Source: Stegostoma tigrinum
Lineage: Eukaryota
DNA: 64,000 bases
Assembly: GCF_030684315.1 (NCBI RefSeq)
Contig: NC_081391.1
Span: 13,803,342-13,867,341, forward strand
Direction: 5' to 3'
Under the pieces are notes generated by a model. That model saw only the letters and a program-made list of their open reading frames with translations, was not told where the DNA came from and searched no databases. Below, one piece after another: positions 24,897 through 37,624 of this stretch. The first letter of the stretch is position 1, and every line of letters begins with the position of its first letter. Made by a program: the position numbers and the translations under genes.

Positions 24897-27800
24897 ATGG
24901 CCTCCCAGATCAGTCAGAACTATCACCAGGATTGTGAAGCTGCTGTCAACAAGCAGATTAATGTGGAGCTCACTGCCTCCTATCTCTATCAGTCTTTGGT
25001 GAGTTTTGTCTCGATGGAGTTAAAATTAAATCTATTCTGCAAAAATGAGCTGATCCTCTTGTTTCTAATTAACTTCATAGTCTTGTAGATTTGAGGTGTT
25101 TCAGTTTGCACCTTTAAAAATCATTTTGGGATAAATGTAGTGCCCTTTGGTAACAATGGATTTTGATATTGATGTGCAGTATCTAATTCACCAGCTGGGA
25201 TTGAGTGATAGATGGAGGGCAAATTGTTCTGTCAATTATTTTACAATTTACTGCCAGGCCTTTGCCTGGTGGTAACTGTCATTTTCCTCCCCAGAATTGA
25301 CCAAACTTTACTAAAATTAGATGTAATGGTGTTGGGAGTTGTATGCACCCCTTGGCTAGTCATCCTGTAACATTTTAATATACCTTGATCACACTTACTT
25401 TGTGCTCTGATCCTAAATACACATCATGCCAGTTTCCATTCTGTGATGGAGAATGATGGCAGTGACTGGCTTCTCTGAGCATATGCATGTGTAACTTGCA
25501 TTGAGGAGGCCTCAGATGTGGACTAGTTGGCTTTCTGCATTCTCAGTTCATGAATGGACTGTTAGTGGTCAGGAAGTCACTTGTTGTCCATTCCTCCAAT
25601 AGATCAATGCTCTCCTGTGAGTGCATGCACAGGGTGTCTGGAATAACCTGAGGTCTTCACTTCACCAAAAAAGGTGAAGAATTGGAGTTTCAAATTCCCA
25701 CGGTATGGGAAATGGTGCCTTTCTCCAGGGAGCACTGTGCCTATGGCCTCTCAAAATGGCAGGCTATAATGGTTTGGAAATGTTGAAGCAGCTTTTGAAG
25801 GCTGCTAGGTACCTGGTAGATAGTGGACACTAGGAGTGCATTCACTCACTCCCTTCAATGAGGTGGGCTGCTCTGTCCTGCATAGTGTCTGCTTTGTGCA
25901 TGTTGCAGCTCCACTTCTTGGGGGGAAAAAGGGAGAATATTCATCCCTCGTGGGGCTTATCACTGAGAAGCATTCTCTTCCCACACTTTCAGGATGAAAT
26001 CCCTGTACCCTTCCCTTTAGCAGGTGGGAACAGCTATCACCAATAAGCCTGTTGGGTCTTAACTGTCAGTGGTGTCCCATATCAATTGGGCAGCATGTGC
26101 CCAAACAACCCACTATTGTACATCTGTAAGATGCAGCTACCCAAGTAAAGTCAGAGAAAGTTGCATAACTGTTTTTCGACAAAAGAAACTTCTCAGCCTG
26201 ATCAGTAGGAACTAGATAACCTGCTCTAACAAGGTGTAGAGCTGGATGAACACAGCAGGCCAAGCAGCATCGGGGGAGCAGGGAAGCTGATGTTTTGGGC
26301 CTGGACCCTTGAGAAATGGGGAGGGGAAGAGGTCCCTGAAATAGCAAGGGGTGGGGAGGTGGATGGATGAGGGATCAAGAAACAGGTGGTGAGGAGACTC
26401 CGGTCTGAGGTGAGGATGGAGCCAATAAAGTCAAGTGAGTTGGGTAGGCCTGTCCAGGGAGGTGGGGATGGGGTTTGAGGTGGCGGGGGAGGTGGGGTGG
26501 GGTGGTGTGGGGAAGTAGGTGGGAGGAAGGATGGACAAGTTAGGGAGGTGGGGACTAGCTGAGCTGTGACTGGGGGAAGGGAGATCTTTCAGCTTAAGTC
26601 CTCACTGATACCATTGGGCTGCAGGGTTCCCAAGCAGAATACAAGGTGCTGTTCCTGCAACCTTTGGGTGGCATTGGAGGCCCAGAATGAACATCAACTG
26701 TCCCCTCCTGCTCCTCTGGAGGGGAAGTAGTTTGTGACTGGGAGGTGCAGCTGCTGATCACGAGCCCAGCATAGGCACTCCACAAAGTGGTGTCAAGCCT
26801 CTGCTCGGCTTTCCTGATGTAGAGGAGGCCACGTTAGGAACAGTGGGTACAGTATATCTCACTGCAGATGTGTAGGTCCACTTCTTCTTGATGTGGAAGG
26901 TCTTGGGGCCTGGGATGAGGGGAGGTGTAGCACAATCTGTGTGGCAGGAAAAAAGCCCTGGCTAGTGGAATGGACAAGGGAATCAGTGGTCTCTCCAGAA
27001 GGCAGCTATGGTTGGGGAGGTAAAAAAATGTCTTTGTCAGATCGTAGATGGTATAAGTGCCAGAGGATGCTGCACTGGATCCTGTCATTGAGGTGGTACT
27101 GAAGGATGAGAGGATTCTGTTTTGGTTGTGTGCGGGATAAGATGCAAGACCGGTTGTGTTTTTCTTCCACTAAAGGGAAGTTACGCTCCCTCGGAAAACG
27201 AGGACATCTGGGATGCCCAGGAGTAGAATGCCTCCCCTCAGGGCTGGAGGTGAAGGAATTGGATTAGGGGAAGGCGTTTTCCTTCCACAGGAAGGTGGGT
27301 GAGGTGTAATCTTGGTAGCTGTAGGAGTCAGTAGGTTTGAAATAGATCAAAGATTGATCGACAAACTTAAGGTTGAGGTAGAAGGTTCTAATGAATTAGA
27401 GGAACCGTTCAAGCTCCTTGTGGGATGTAATGGAGGAAGATGTGGAGTTTATGGCCCATCTCCCTGTAGAAGGATTGTTCCACATATCCTAACAGAAGCA
27501 GGCACAGCCTGGGCCCATGCAGGTACCTATGGCCACCCCCTTCCTCTGTAGGAGGTGGGAGGAATTGAAGGAGAAGTTAGGGGTGAGGATGAGTTGGCTA
27601 GTGGAAAAGCTTGTTGGTGAATGGGGACCAGTCAGACCTGCAGGATGAGAGAAGCAGAGGGCCTTCGGCTGTCTCCACGGGGAATGGATGAGGTTGGAGG
27701 CTGTGGGTGGGAGGTCATCTGCAGTGAGGTTGTAGATGGACGAGGAGATGGTTTGGTGGTCAGGGGTGGAGTCATGATCAAGGGCGGGGTGGTAGGAGGT

Positions 27801-29464
27801 ATCGGCTGCTCTTCCACACAAGTATATGTGGCACTCCAGCTCCTGGCGTTTCCTTAAACCCTGTTCAGTCACGAACTTCATCCAATTCTGATGGTGCTTA
27901 GAGTGGAAATGCTCTTCTCTCTACAGACAAGAACAGGCCTGGGCACCTCAGGTTTTTGTCAAGGAATTTTAAAAAGTGTTTGCCTGGTTACCAGGAGGAG
28001 GCGAGGGTTGTTTTTGATGATCCTTGAACTGGAGCCACTGGCTCATTGGACAATGGTTCTCATCCACCTTGATGTATTCAAAAAATTCATGTTTATTGAC
28101 TTCTCAATTTGATTGAAGGCTAAACCAGTCATGTCTGGCACCAATTGTATGATGCTTAATGGATATAACTTGTTTTCTCCCAGATGTCCTACTTTGACCG
28201 GGATGATGTTGCCCTCCCCCATGTCTCCCAGTTCTTCCAAGATCAGTCCCAGGAGAAGCAGGAACATGCAGAGAAGCTGCTGAAATTCCAGAATCGGCAT
28301 GGAGGCAGTCCTCCTCCAGGATGTGAAGGTTGGTGTTGGGTTTTTGGGGTGGGGGGAGTTGGGTGGTAGAGAGTGGCTGCTCCTCAGGGATGGCACAGTG
28401 ACTCAGTGTTTCCCATGCATGCCTCAGTGCCAGGGATCCAAGTTTGGTTCTTGGTTCTAGGCTCCAGTGAATGACTGGAGTTGACTTGTTCTTGCCATGT
28501 CCACATTGGCTTCACGGTTCAATGACGTGTGGGTTAGAAGGATTGCCATTTAAAATGCAGGGTTACAGGAATAAGAAGGGACTTGTAGCGACGAATGTAG
28601 TGGCTGTACCTGCCGATTGGGGATGAATAAAATGATGTCGTGACCTTGGTTATTGTCACCATGACTCAAATAGCCTGTTCCCATGCTGCAGAGATTGTGA
28701 AGCTTACCTGTCCTCTCTCCATCCCCAGAAGCCAGAGAGGGATGAGTGGGGTAACAGTCTGCAGGCAATGCAGGTCGCCCTGGATCTGGAGAAGAATGTG
28801 AACCAGAGTTGGCTGGATATGCACCGAGTTGCCACAGCCCAGACTGACCCTCATGTAAGCCTTCCCACCACCTCCTCATTCTGATCACTGCTAGGCCCTC
28901 AGGGCAACACCTCATTGGTCTTTTGTAGATTAAAATTCACTCGGATACTTGGATCACAATATCATATCTGAACAGTATGTTCATTTAATCAACATTAAAG
29001 CAGCTCAGCTATGAGCTGAAATGGGAATTTGGATTCACTACCAGGAGTGATGTTGGCCAATGAATTCACTTTCAGGGCCACTTGCATTAGAATGATCATC
29101 GTCTGTCACAGTTCAGCTCAGCTCCATTTCACAAACAAGAAGGTGCATCTGGAACGTTACTGTCCTCACTGGCGCAACATCTCCTAGATGTCAGTGGCTT
29201 TTCCAGCTGTCGAAAGCTAGTTATGTTGGGGTCTGTTTCGCAGTGGGAATTCTGAAATTTTCCTAGATCATGCAAATGTACCAAGTTGCCATAATTCCTC
29301 TGTTGCAGCTGTGTGACTTCCTGGAGACTCTCTATTTGGATGAGGAGGTGGAGATCATCAAGCACCTTGGGGACTACATCACCAACCTGAAGCGCCTGGG
29401 AGCCCCTGAGAATGGGATGGGAGAGTACCTGTTTGACAGGCGCTCCCTGGAGGACAGCAGTTAG
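24897..29464 (+). pseudogene. Ferritin copy 4 (type C), frameshifted
   Basis: Exons 24897-24998, 28184-28328 (145 nt; 2-bp deletion GGCAGAGTC>GGCAGTC), 28729-28854, 29309-29464. TATA replaced by TAAAAAAAA near 24793. Penelope-like insertion in intron 1; intron 2 shortened to ~400 bp. Confidence 0.9.
26226..27885 (-). mobile_element. Degenerate Penelope-like (RT + GIY-YIG) retroelement in intron 1 of copy 4
   Basis: Minus-strand remnants NFSFNSSHLLQRKGVAIGTCMGP (PLE RT GxAMG motif), endonuclease-region remnant near 26780-26850, and pLTR-like end near 26230-26315. Confidence 0.8.
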
Positions 29465-32329
29465 TGTGGCCTGGAGTAGTGTCTGCTTGGTCTGAATGCA
29501 TTCCCCACTTCACCCTGGACAACCTGTCTCCTTCCAGGGAGAAGGGGCTTGTAGCAAAGAATGTAATGGCTGTACCAGCTGAATGCAAATGAATAAAATG
29601 ATGTGTTTATCTTGGTTCTTGTCCATCATTCAGACAGCTGGATGCTGTCGGCTTTCACCAATAGGCCTATGGGAAGAGATATCAGGCTCTGCTTTCTACC
29701 CAGGTGCAGGAAACAGCTCAGTTGGGACTGAGATGAGTTCAACCTGACTCGTATCCTCCCAATGGGCCCTGACATGACCAGCATATTCTGTTTTTCATTT
29801 GCTGCCTTTTTCTCATGTGGATACAGCCTAAAGTTACTGGGAGCGAGTGAAGGTTCAAACCAAGGCCAGTACTGGTGGGCTGTGACCTACCCTGCCTTGT
29901 TACAGCCTACTGTAGTTGATTGCACTGAACGGTTCATTCCTCTTTTCATGGGAGTTAAATATGCTGCTACCCTGAAGGGACCTTGGCGTAATTACCCTTA
30001 GCCTCGAGTCAATTCTCCTAGGAGCATTCTGAAGCTGGCCTAATGTGGCTTTTGTCAGTTTACTTTCTCTGACCTGTTCCAACACCTTCATTCCTTTTCT
30101 CACCCCTCCCACCACCCCACTCCGAGCAATAAACTTCCACCCTGCCAGTCTACAGCTGGGAAAATTCAGCCCCAACATTGACAGCACCCATATTCCATGG
30201 AGTTCGCTCTGGAAATTATCCTGAACTGTTACATGCTCATGTATGAGCTCAATACCACTTCGAGCAGCATCACTGGGTCTTTGGGAGTAACACAGCAACA
30301 CTCATGGTTCAATGCTGCCATTTGATTGGCTCTTACTGCTAAAAGCAGCATTGAGCGCACTAAGCTGCTCCCTTAGTTCCTCTGAGCTTCCCACACGCTG
30401 AGGGTTACTCCTGATGCAGGTAGATTTCACCCGATCACATTGAGGGAGCAGTGTGACTGGGAGAGGCGACCGTGAGATGCTGACTTTGCTGTACAGCTGC
30501 TTCCTTTACCTTTTCGAGGTGTCAGAGAGATGATGGGTTGAGGAGGGGGTTATCGGAGACAGCCTGAGGATTGTTTCAGGGAGTTTTGTAGCGAGTGCAC
30601 GCTGCAGCCTTCACTGAAGGTGTGGGTCGTTCAGGCACTGAATGTATTTGTTCCACTACATAAAGTGTTTTATTTCAAACAATCCTGAGTCTTGGCTGTA
30701 GAATTCCCGCAGTGCGGGAAGAGGTTGTTCAGCCCCTTTAGTCTGCACTGATCCTCTGAACAGCATCTTGTTCAGACACACCCTGTCTTCTTGCCCCCAT
30801 CTTTCTACCCCACAGCCGTTCCAAAATAAACTGCATATCTCTGGACTGTGGGAGGGAAGGAACCCCCACAGACACGGGGAGGATGTGCAGCCTCCTGAGA
30901 GTTGCCCATGACTGGAATTACATGTGGGTCCCGGGCACTATGCAGCAGTAGTGCTCGTCATTAAGAAACCATGCCACCTAAAGTAACAAAAACAGGAGCA
31001 CCCTGTTGCATATGATGAGAGTCGCAAACACATTCATTACAGAAATAGACCCCATTGCCCCTGCTGATGAGGTTTCCACGTTTGGCCCATTTCCCTTTAA
31101 TGCCATTCCTTTCCATGTAAATCAGCAGATGGCTTTCAAAAGTTCTAATTATGCCACTTCCTCTAACAGTGTATTTCATATACAGATCACCCTCTGTGAG
31201 GATAGAGTTGGCCTTCTGGTTCCCTTTCACATCTTTCCCCTCAAACCCATGTCTTCTAGTTTTGGACTCCCCTACCATGTCCCAGCATGCTTTTTACATA
31301 CCGTCAACGTTGAGTGTGCCAGTGGCAAGGCTACATTTAGTGCTCAGCAACTGTTACACTTCAGGAGGTGGTGATGAGCTGCTTATTACAGTCCACCTGG
31401 TGTCGGAGAGACCGGAATGATGCTGCTGAGGAGGGGCTTCTGGGATTTTCAGTCACAAGCAGGGGTATTGTTCCAAGTCAGGATGGTGACGGACTTACAT
31501 GGAGCTGCTTGAGCAATGTTGGGGCTGCATGGAGTCAGCAAATTGTAAAGTATTCATTAACACTTCCTAACTGTGGTTTTGAAGATGATGGACAGGCTTT
31601 GCAAAATCAGCAGTTGAGTTATTCACAACAGAATTCCTCGCATCTGACTTGCTCTTAAACCCATGATGATTCACAAGGTGTGATCTCAGACCATGGTTTA
31701 TGTATAATATTCATACTTGTAAGTTAATCTAATAGGACGAGACTGCAACCTGGTATTTGAAGCAGATATTGAGACAAAGTAACTTGCTTCCACCAGTCTG
31801 TACATCAGTGCTGTGATCATACCCTAACATCTTCAATTCCCAAAGCCTCACAGGCCACCAGTCCATGGGAGGCTGCTCCATTCAACACAATCAAGGTTGC
31901 CTGTGCTACACATTTCCAGCAGCAATTTAGACAGGGAGGCCTAAGGCCTACTGTGTAGAAGGAGACACTCAGCACATTTAACGATTGCCTTTCAAACTGG
32001 GCTTCATGAGACCCAATGTCAAGGAGATCACAGCAGGTTCAGAATGGATCCACAAAGTACATCAGTTACACGTACGAGATGACCCAAAAGCACATTCATT
32101 CTGTTGATGCACAGCAGTAGGAAAATGTTTAATGTCAACAAAATCTAGCCATTTTGCAATGGACTCCAACACTGTCATTCGAAACATATGAAGACAAATC
32201 CCTCAGAGTAACAAACTGACAGAATTCAGCAAATCTGCGATGAGCGTGTCTTAATAGTTAACCTCAGATACTCAAGTGAAGTTGTAGAGTATATTTTATT
32301 GTCATTTTTAGGTTGATATACTTACCGAA

Positions 32330-32540
32330 TTTGTACTTGTGCAGGAGGTCAAAGGTTAAGCAGCAATTCTATCATCGACCAGTTGTCAATTCTGATCGAT
32401 TTCTGGATTCAATTCCCATCCTGCACTGATTGGATGTGGCAGCTGATCAAGTGATTAACAAGAGTGTTTGGCCATCACTGATGATCTCATTTCCTGCTTC
32501 ATAAAATGAGTGTTGGCTCCTGGAGTATAAATAGAGTCCC
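32330..32540 (+). promoter_or_regulatory. Proximal promoter of copy 5
   Basis: AGGTCAAAGGTTA 32346-32358, CTGATTGG, TATAAATA 32526. Confidence 0.7.
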
Positions 32541-32619
32541 ACGGCAGGGATGTTTACTGTTGCTCTTAGCTTTGTCATTTTGGTGGTGAGGAAAATAAAG
32601 CAAGCTTTTCCTTTATAAG

Positions 32620-35600
32620 ATGGCCTCCCAGATCAGTCAGAACTATCACCAGGATTGTGAAGCTGCTGTCAACAAGCAGATTAATGTGGAGCTCACTGCC
32701 TCCTATCTCTATCAGTCTTTGGTGAGTGGTGTCTTTGTGGGGTGAAACATACTTCTGTTCTGTTGAAGTGAACTCTTCCCCTTGGATGTAATTAAGTTGT
32801 CTATCTTATAGACTGAGTTTTTGTGGCTCCTACCTCTTTCTCAATGCAGGATGAGTGTGATGTTACTGTAACAATAGTTTGGTGTCTAATGTTACTCTAA
32901 CTTGGGTCCCAGTTGGTTGTCAGTGAGATGTGGAGGGTGGAGTGTTCTTGTAGTTACTTGCCTGTCCCATGATGGTGCTGTGACTGGTGGTAATTATCGC
33001 TTCCTGTGGCTGTTTGAAACTTGAGGGAACAAAATTAAAAATGAATTGGGACTAACTGGTGTGGGAATGGAAGCACCATCAGCTAGTCACTGCTTTTCTT
33101 TTCCCTCCTGTATCCTTGTTTGTATTTGAATTTTGTCGGGATCTGAAGTAAACCTGCCAATTGATAATGAGAATCTTGGTTTCCTATTGCAATCAGCTTA
33201 GAATAGGCTTGTTCTAGCCCTGCAGAGCTGGGCCAAGAGGTGGCAAATGGAGTTTAATGCAGACAAGTGAAGTGATGCTCTTTGGTAGGAGTAACCGGAA
33301 GGCAAAGTACAGGGCTAATGGTAAGATTCTTGGTGGTGTAGTTGAGCAGAGAGATCTTGGTGTCCACGTACACAGATCCTTGAAAGTTGTCACCCAGGTT
33401 GACAGGGCTGTTAAGGCAGTGTTTTGGCTTTTATTAATAGAGGGATTGAATTCTAGAACCAAGAGGTTATGGTGAAGCTGTACAAAACTCTGGTGTGGCA
33501 GCACTTGGAGTATTGTGTACAGTTCTGGTTGCTGCATTATAAGGATGTGGAAGCTTTGGATAGGGTGCAGAGGAGATCTACTAGGATGTTGCCTGGTATG
33601 GAGGGAAGGCCTTATGAGGAAAGGCTGAGGTACTTGAGGCTGTTTTCATTGGAGAGAAGAAGGTTGAGAGGTGACTCAATTGAAAGATATAAAATAATCA
33701 GAGGGGTAGATAGGGAGAGCCTTTTCTGTGGATGGTGATGGCGAGCATGAGGGGGCATAGCTTTAAATTGAGGGGTGATAGATATAGGACAGATGTCAGA
33801 GTTAGTTTCTTTACTTGGTAGCAAGGGAATGGAATGCTTTGCCTGCGACAGTAGTAGATTTGCCAATTTTAGGTACACTTAAGTCGTCATTTGACTTTAG
33901 CATATGGACTTACATGGAATAGTGTAGGTTAGATGGGCTTGATCGGTATGACAAGTTGGTGCAACATGAAGGGCCTGTACTGTGCTGTTATGTTTGAAGT
34001 TCAGATCAAACTGGGTGAGGTTGTGACTGGTATCTGATTAAGCAGATCTACTTTGCTTTTTTTCATACTGATGGGGTGGGTGTGGGCTGTCTGTATGTCA
34101 AGTGTTGGAGCTTTTCAAAGGCACAGCACTGCCATGGGGCTGAGAATGTGCTGAGGGTACTGACCCAGTGACTATGGAAAGAAGCTTATCCCTGTTGTGT
34201 TTGGCCTGACTCTAAACTAACTGGCCCCTTTTTCCCCAGGTGGTGGAGTGCCTGTGCCCTTCCAAGGGGTAGAATGTGTTTCGAAGGTGTTAGAAGTAAC
34301 CTTAGTGAGTGTTGCAGGGTGCTGTCTGGGCTCGTGCCTGTCAGCAGGAAGTCCTGTCATGATGAGGATCAAGTCCCTGTCAGCCCCACTTTGGGAGGTG
34401 GGAACAGCTTTCATTGAGCCAGCAGTTGGGTTTCAATTGCTGACCCATTGTCCTAACACACCTTGTAAGCATGTGCCAGGAATGAAATCCCTACCATTCT
34501 ACATCTTCCAAGTGCCCATTTAAATGACAATGATAAATTGTGCTTGGGTGTTTGCATTTGAGAATTGAAGCAACTTTTTTCAGCAGGATTCGTAAGAATG
34601 TGATTCTAAATGGCTGCTTCCAATAGCAGACCTGTTAAACCTGAATATGTTGAATTGTGAACATCCTAGTTTAGAAATCTACAGGACTTTGCCTGTTGGA
34701 TTAAGTCAACAGTGGTTTTTCCAGGTTATTGTTTTAATGAGTGCTCTCCTCTGGAGAGTAGTTGATCTGCAGGTCACTGTCATATTTGTGATGTGATCAG
34801 TTTGTTTCTTTCATGGGTAATGGTACAAGTTCCCAACAGTCTGAGTCAGTACAGCTGTTTTAGATGCAACAATCCAAAGGCTGTCCCTTGGCAGGCTTTC
34901 CTTTGGACTTTTCTGGCCTTTGTCAAAGGAGCAATACAGTGCCCTGCAGCTGTTCTATTGGTGTACATCCTGCACTCCAGCTCCTGGCATTTCTTGAAAC
35001 CCTATTCAATCACTAATTTATCCCGTTTCTGGTGGAGGTTAATCAGTAAAAACATCAATTCACATTTGTTCTCACCAAATGCTGTGCTAGACCCCCTTGA
35101 GCAATTTACCAGGAGTTTCAAACCAAAATAAAACACATGGTATTTACAGCTTATCTAGAGGAAGCTGGGATTGTTTTGATTTTTTTCCGATTCAACAGCA
35201 ACTGTTCAAAACTGGGTTCTGAATTGTTAATGCATCAGGTACTGAACAGCTTACTGTCAGTTTGACTTTTTTAGAATGCTCAAGTAGCCCTATAGTTCTG
35301 AACTGAAATTGGACCATGACTTGTTAATGGGCTTTACCTTGTTCTCCCTTCAAGATGTCCTACTTTGACCGGGACGATGTTGCCCTTCCCCATTTTTCCC
35401 GGTTCTTCAAACATCAGTCCCAGGAGAAGCAGGAACAAGCAGAGAAGCTGCTGAAATTCCAGAATCAGCGTGGAGGCAGAGTCCTCCTGCAGGATGTGAA
35501 GGTTGGAGTTGGGTGGGCTGGGGGATGGGATGGGATGGTCATGGCTGCTCTTGTGGTGTGGTTTCTTGTCAGTGACAAGGTTTTCATTTGAGTCAAAACT

Positions 35601-37624
35601 TTGTTCAGCCTGTTTGATCTCCTTTTTGAAGCCAGTGTAGAAAGAAGCCCTTTGGCCCACCATGTCTATACTGACCCCACAAACACTAAACCACATTAAT
35701 CCCATTTACCTGCCCTTGGTCCACAGGCCACTGTCCTGGCACTAAGTACATGTCCAGCAAGGCCTTAAACTGATCTGGAGTAGCTGTCTGTCTCCACCAC
35801 CATCCAAACCTTTATGTGGTTCGTCTCATATTTCTAACTCCCCTCGGAGTGGGTGAGGAGGGTGAAGAGAGTTTCCTCCAATCCCCTCTAACCTGCTTAC
35901 TCCACAAACCTGTATTCTCTCTGGTCTTGCTGTCTGCCATGGGGAAGACATTCCATCAACTGGCCACTCTCTCCAATAATTACATCAGGTCACTCCCTCA
36001 GCCTTTCCTGCTCCACAGAAAATCCCAGCCTTTCTAACTTCCAATCAATGGCTCTTGGGCAACCTCACCAGCATCCCCCTGCAGTGCCATCCTGTCCTTG
36101 TGACTGTTGAGGCCCAAGAGGGAATAATGTGGTGACCAGAAAAACAAACTGTGAAGACTGGTCCCCTTCCTGTTCCACCCCACCAAACTAATAGAGGTTG
36201 CTTGCCCTCTGTCACTGTTACACCCTGTTGACCTTGTCTGAACTTTGAGGGATCTATGGTTGTGGGCCTTTCTTAACTGTTAGCAGCACAACACACTTTG
36301 CAAACACCTCGCTGTCCCTTGGATGAATTAAATAGCCGTGATGTTTCTGATCATCCTGCTCAGGCATGTATGAAGCCACCAGCACAAGTGGTACTTGAAC
36401 CTTGGCCTTGTCAGCCAGAGACAGGGGCACTAACACTGTACCATGACAGCATTTAGGCTTCACTTGTGAATATCCTCGCAATTCCATCAGATGGACCCTG
36501 ATGCAAATCTTGTCATTATCCCCCACAATGACCTGTTATTCAACTTCCTCCTTCAGATCAAGGACCGACAGGCAAGGTGAAAGCAATTCTGAAGGAACTG
36601 TTCTTCAGCTGTGCTCCAGGGCTGCCTCAGGGGCGAGCAGTGTTCTCAGTGCTAGGGACACAGGTTTTGATCTGGCCTCTGGTGAGGGGCTGGTGTTTAC
36701 ATGTCCTCCGCTTGTCTGCGTTGGTGTCGGCATAGTATAAGAGGATTGGCCATCTGAAACGCAGGGTGACAGGAATAGGGTGGGAGAAGGACGGGTTGGG
36801 TTCCTCTTCAGAGTAGTTACAGACTGATACACATTGTAGAGATTCTGAAGCTTAACTGTCCTTCTTTCCCTCCTCCAGAAGCCAGAGAGGGATGAGTGGG
36901 GTAACAGCCTGCAGGCAATGCAGGTTGCCCTGGATCTGGAGAAGAATGTGAACCAGAGTTTGCTGGATCTACACCAAGTCGCCACTGCCCAGACTGACCC
37001 TCATGTAAGCTTCACCTCCTCATTGACTTCACTGCTAGGCCCTCAGGGCAACACCTTCATTGGTTGGTCTTTTGTGGATTAGAAATTCAGTTAGACTTTG
37101 TTTTTGTGCAGATGACATGGATCACTTCAGATCCATAGTGATTACAAAATCATTGCTGAGCAGTTGAGTCCAAGTCTGTATTTTAACTTGTAAACCTGTG
37201 GGGAGGACTGAGGGGATATTGGTCACTGAATTCTCATTCAGGACCACTGCAGTGGAATGACTTTTATCCATCACAAGTCAACTCTGCTCCAGTAAATAAA
37301 CAGCAAGATGAAGCTGCTAAAAAGCAGTTGTCCTCATTGCACAATTTCTCCAGGCATTGGCTCTAGTCATCCCTGACAATCTCCCTCGATATGCACGTTT
37401 TTCAGTGGGGATTCTGAAGTTGTCTTGGATAGTGTTAATGTACCAAGTGTAATGTTCCTCTGTTGCAGCTGTGTGACTTCCTGGAGACTCACTATTTGGA
37501 TGAGGAGGTGGAGATCATCAAGCACCTTGGGGACTACATCACCAACCTGAAAAGCCTGGGAGCCCCTGAGAATGGGATGGGAGAGTACCTGTTTGACAGG
37601 CTCTCCCTGGAGGACAGCAGTTAG
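32620..37624 (+). CDS. Ferritin subunit gene copy 5 (type A), intact, 176 aa, additional H65Q
   Basis: Exons 32620-32721, 35355-35501, 36879-37004, 37469-37624; open frame, GT-AG junctions, TATA 32526, AATAAA 37751. Exon 2 reads [13 protein letters not shown]. Confidence 0.92.
33220..33995 (+). mobile_element. 5'-truncated CR1 LINE in intron 1 of copy 5 (same insertion as copy 2)
   Basis: ORFs 33257-33475 and 33469-33738 match CR1 ORF2; same flanks as 6473-7246. Confidence 0.92.
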
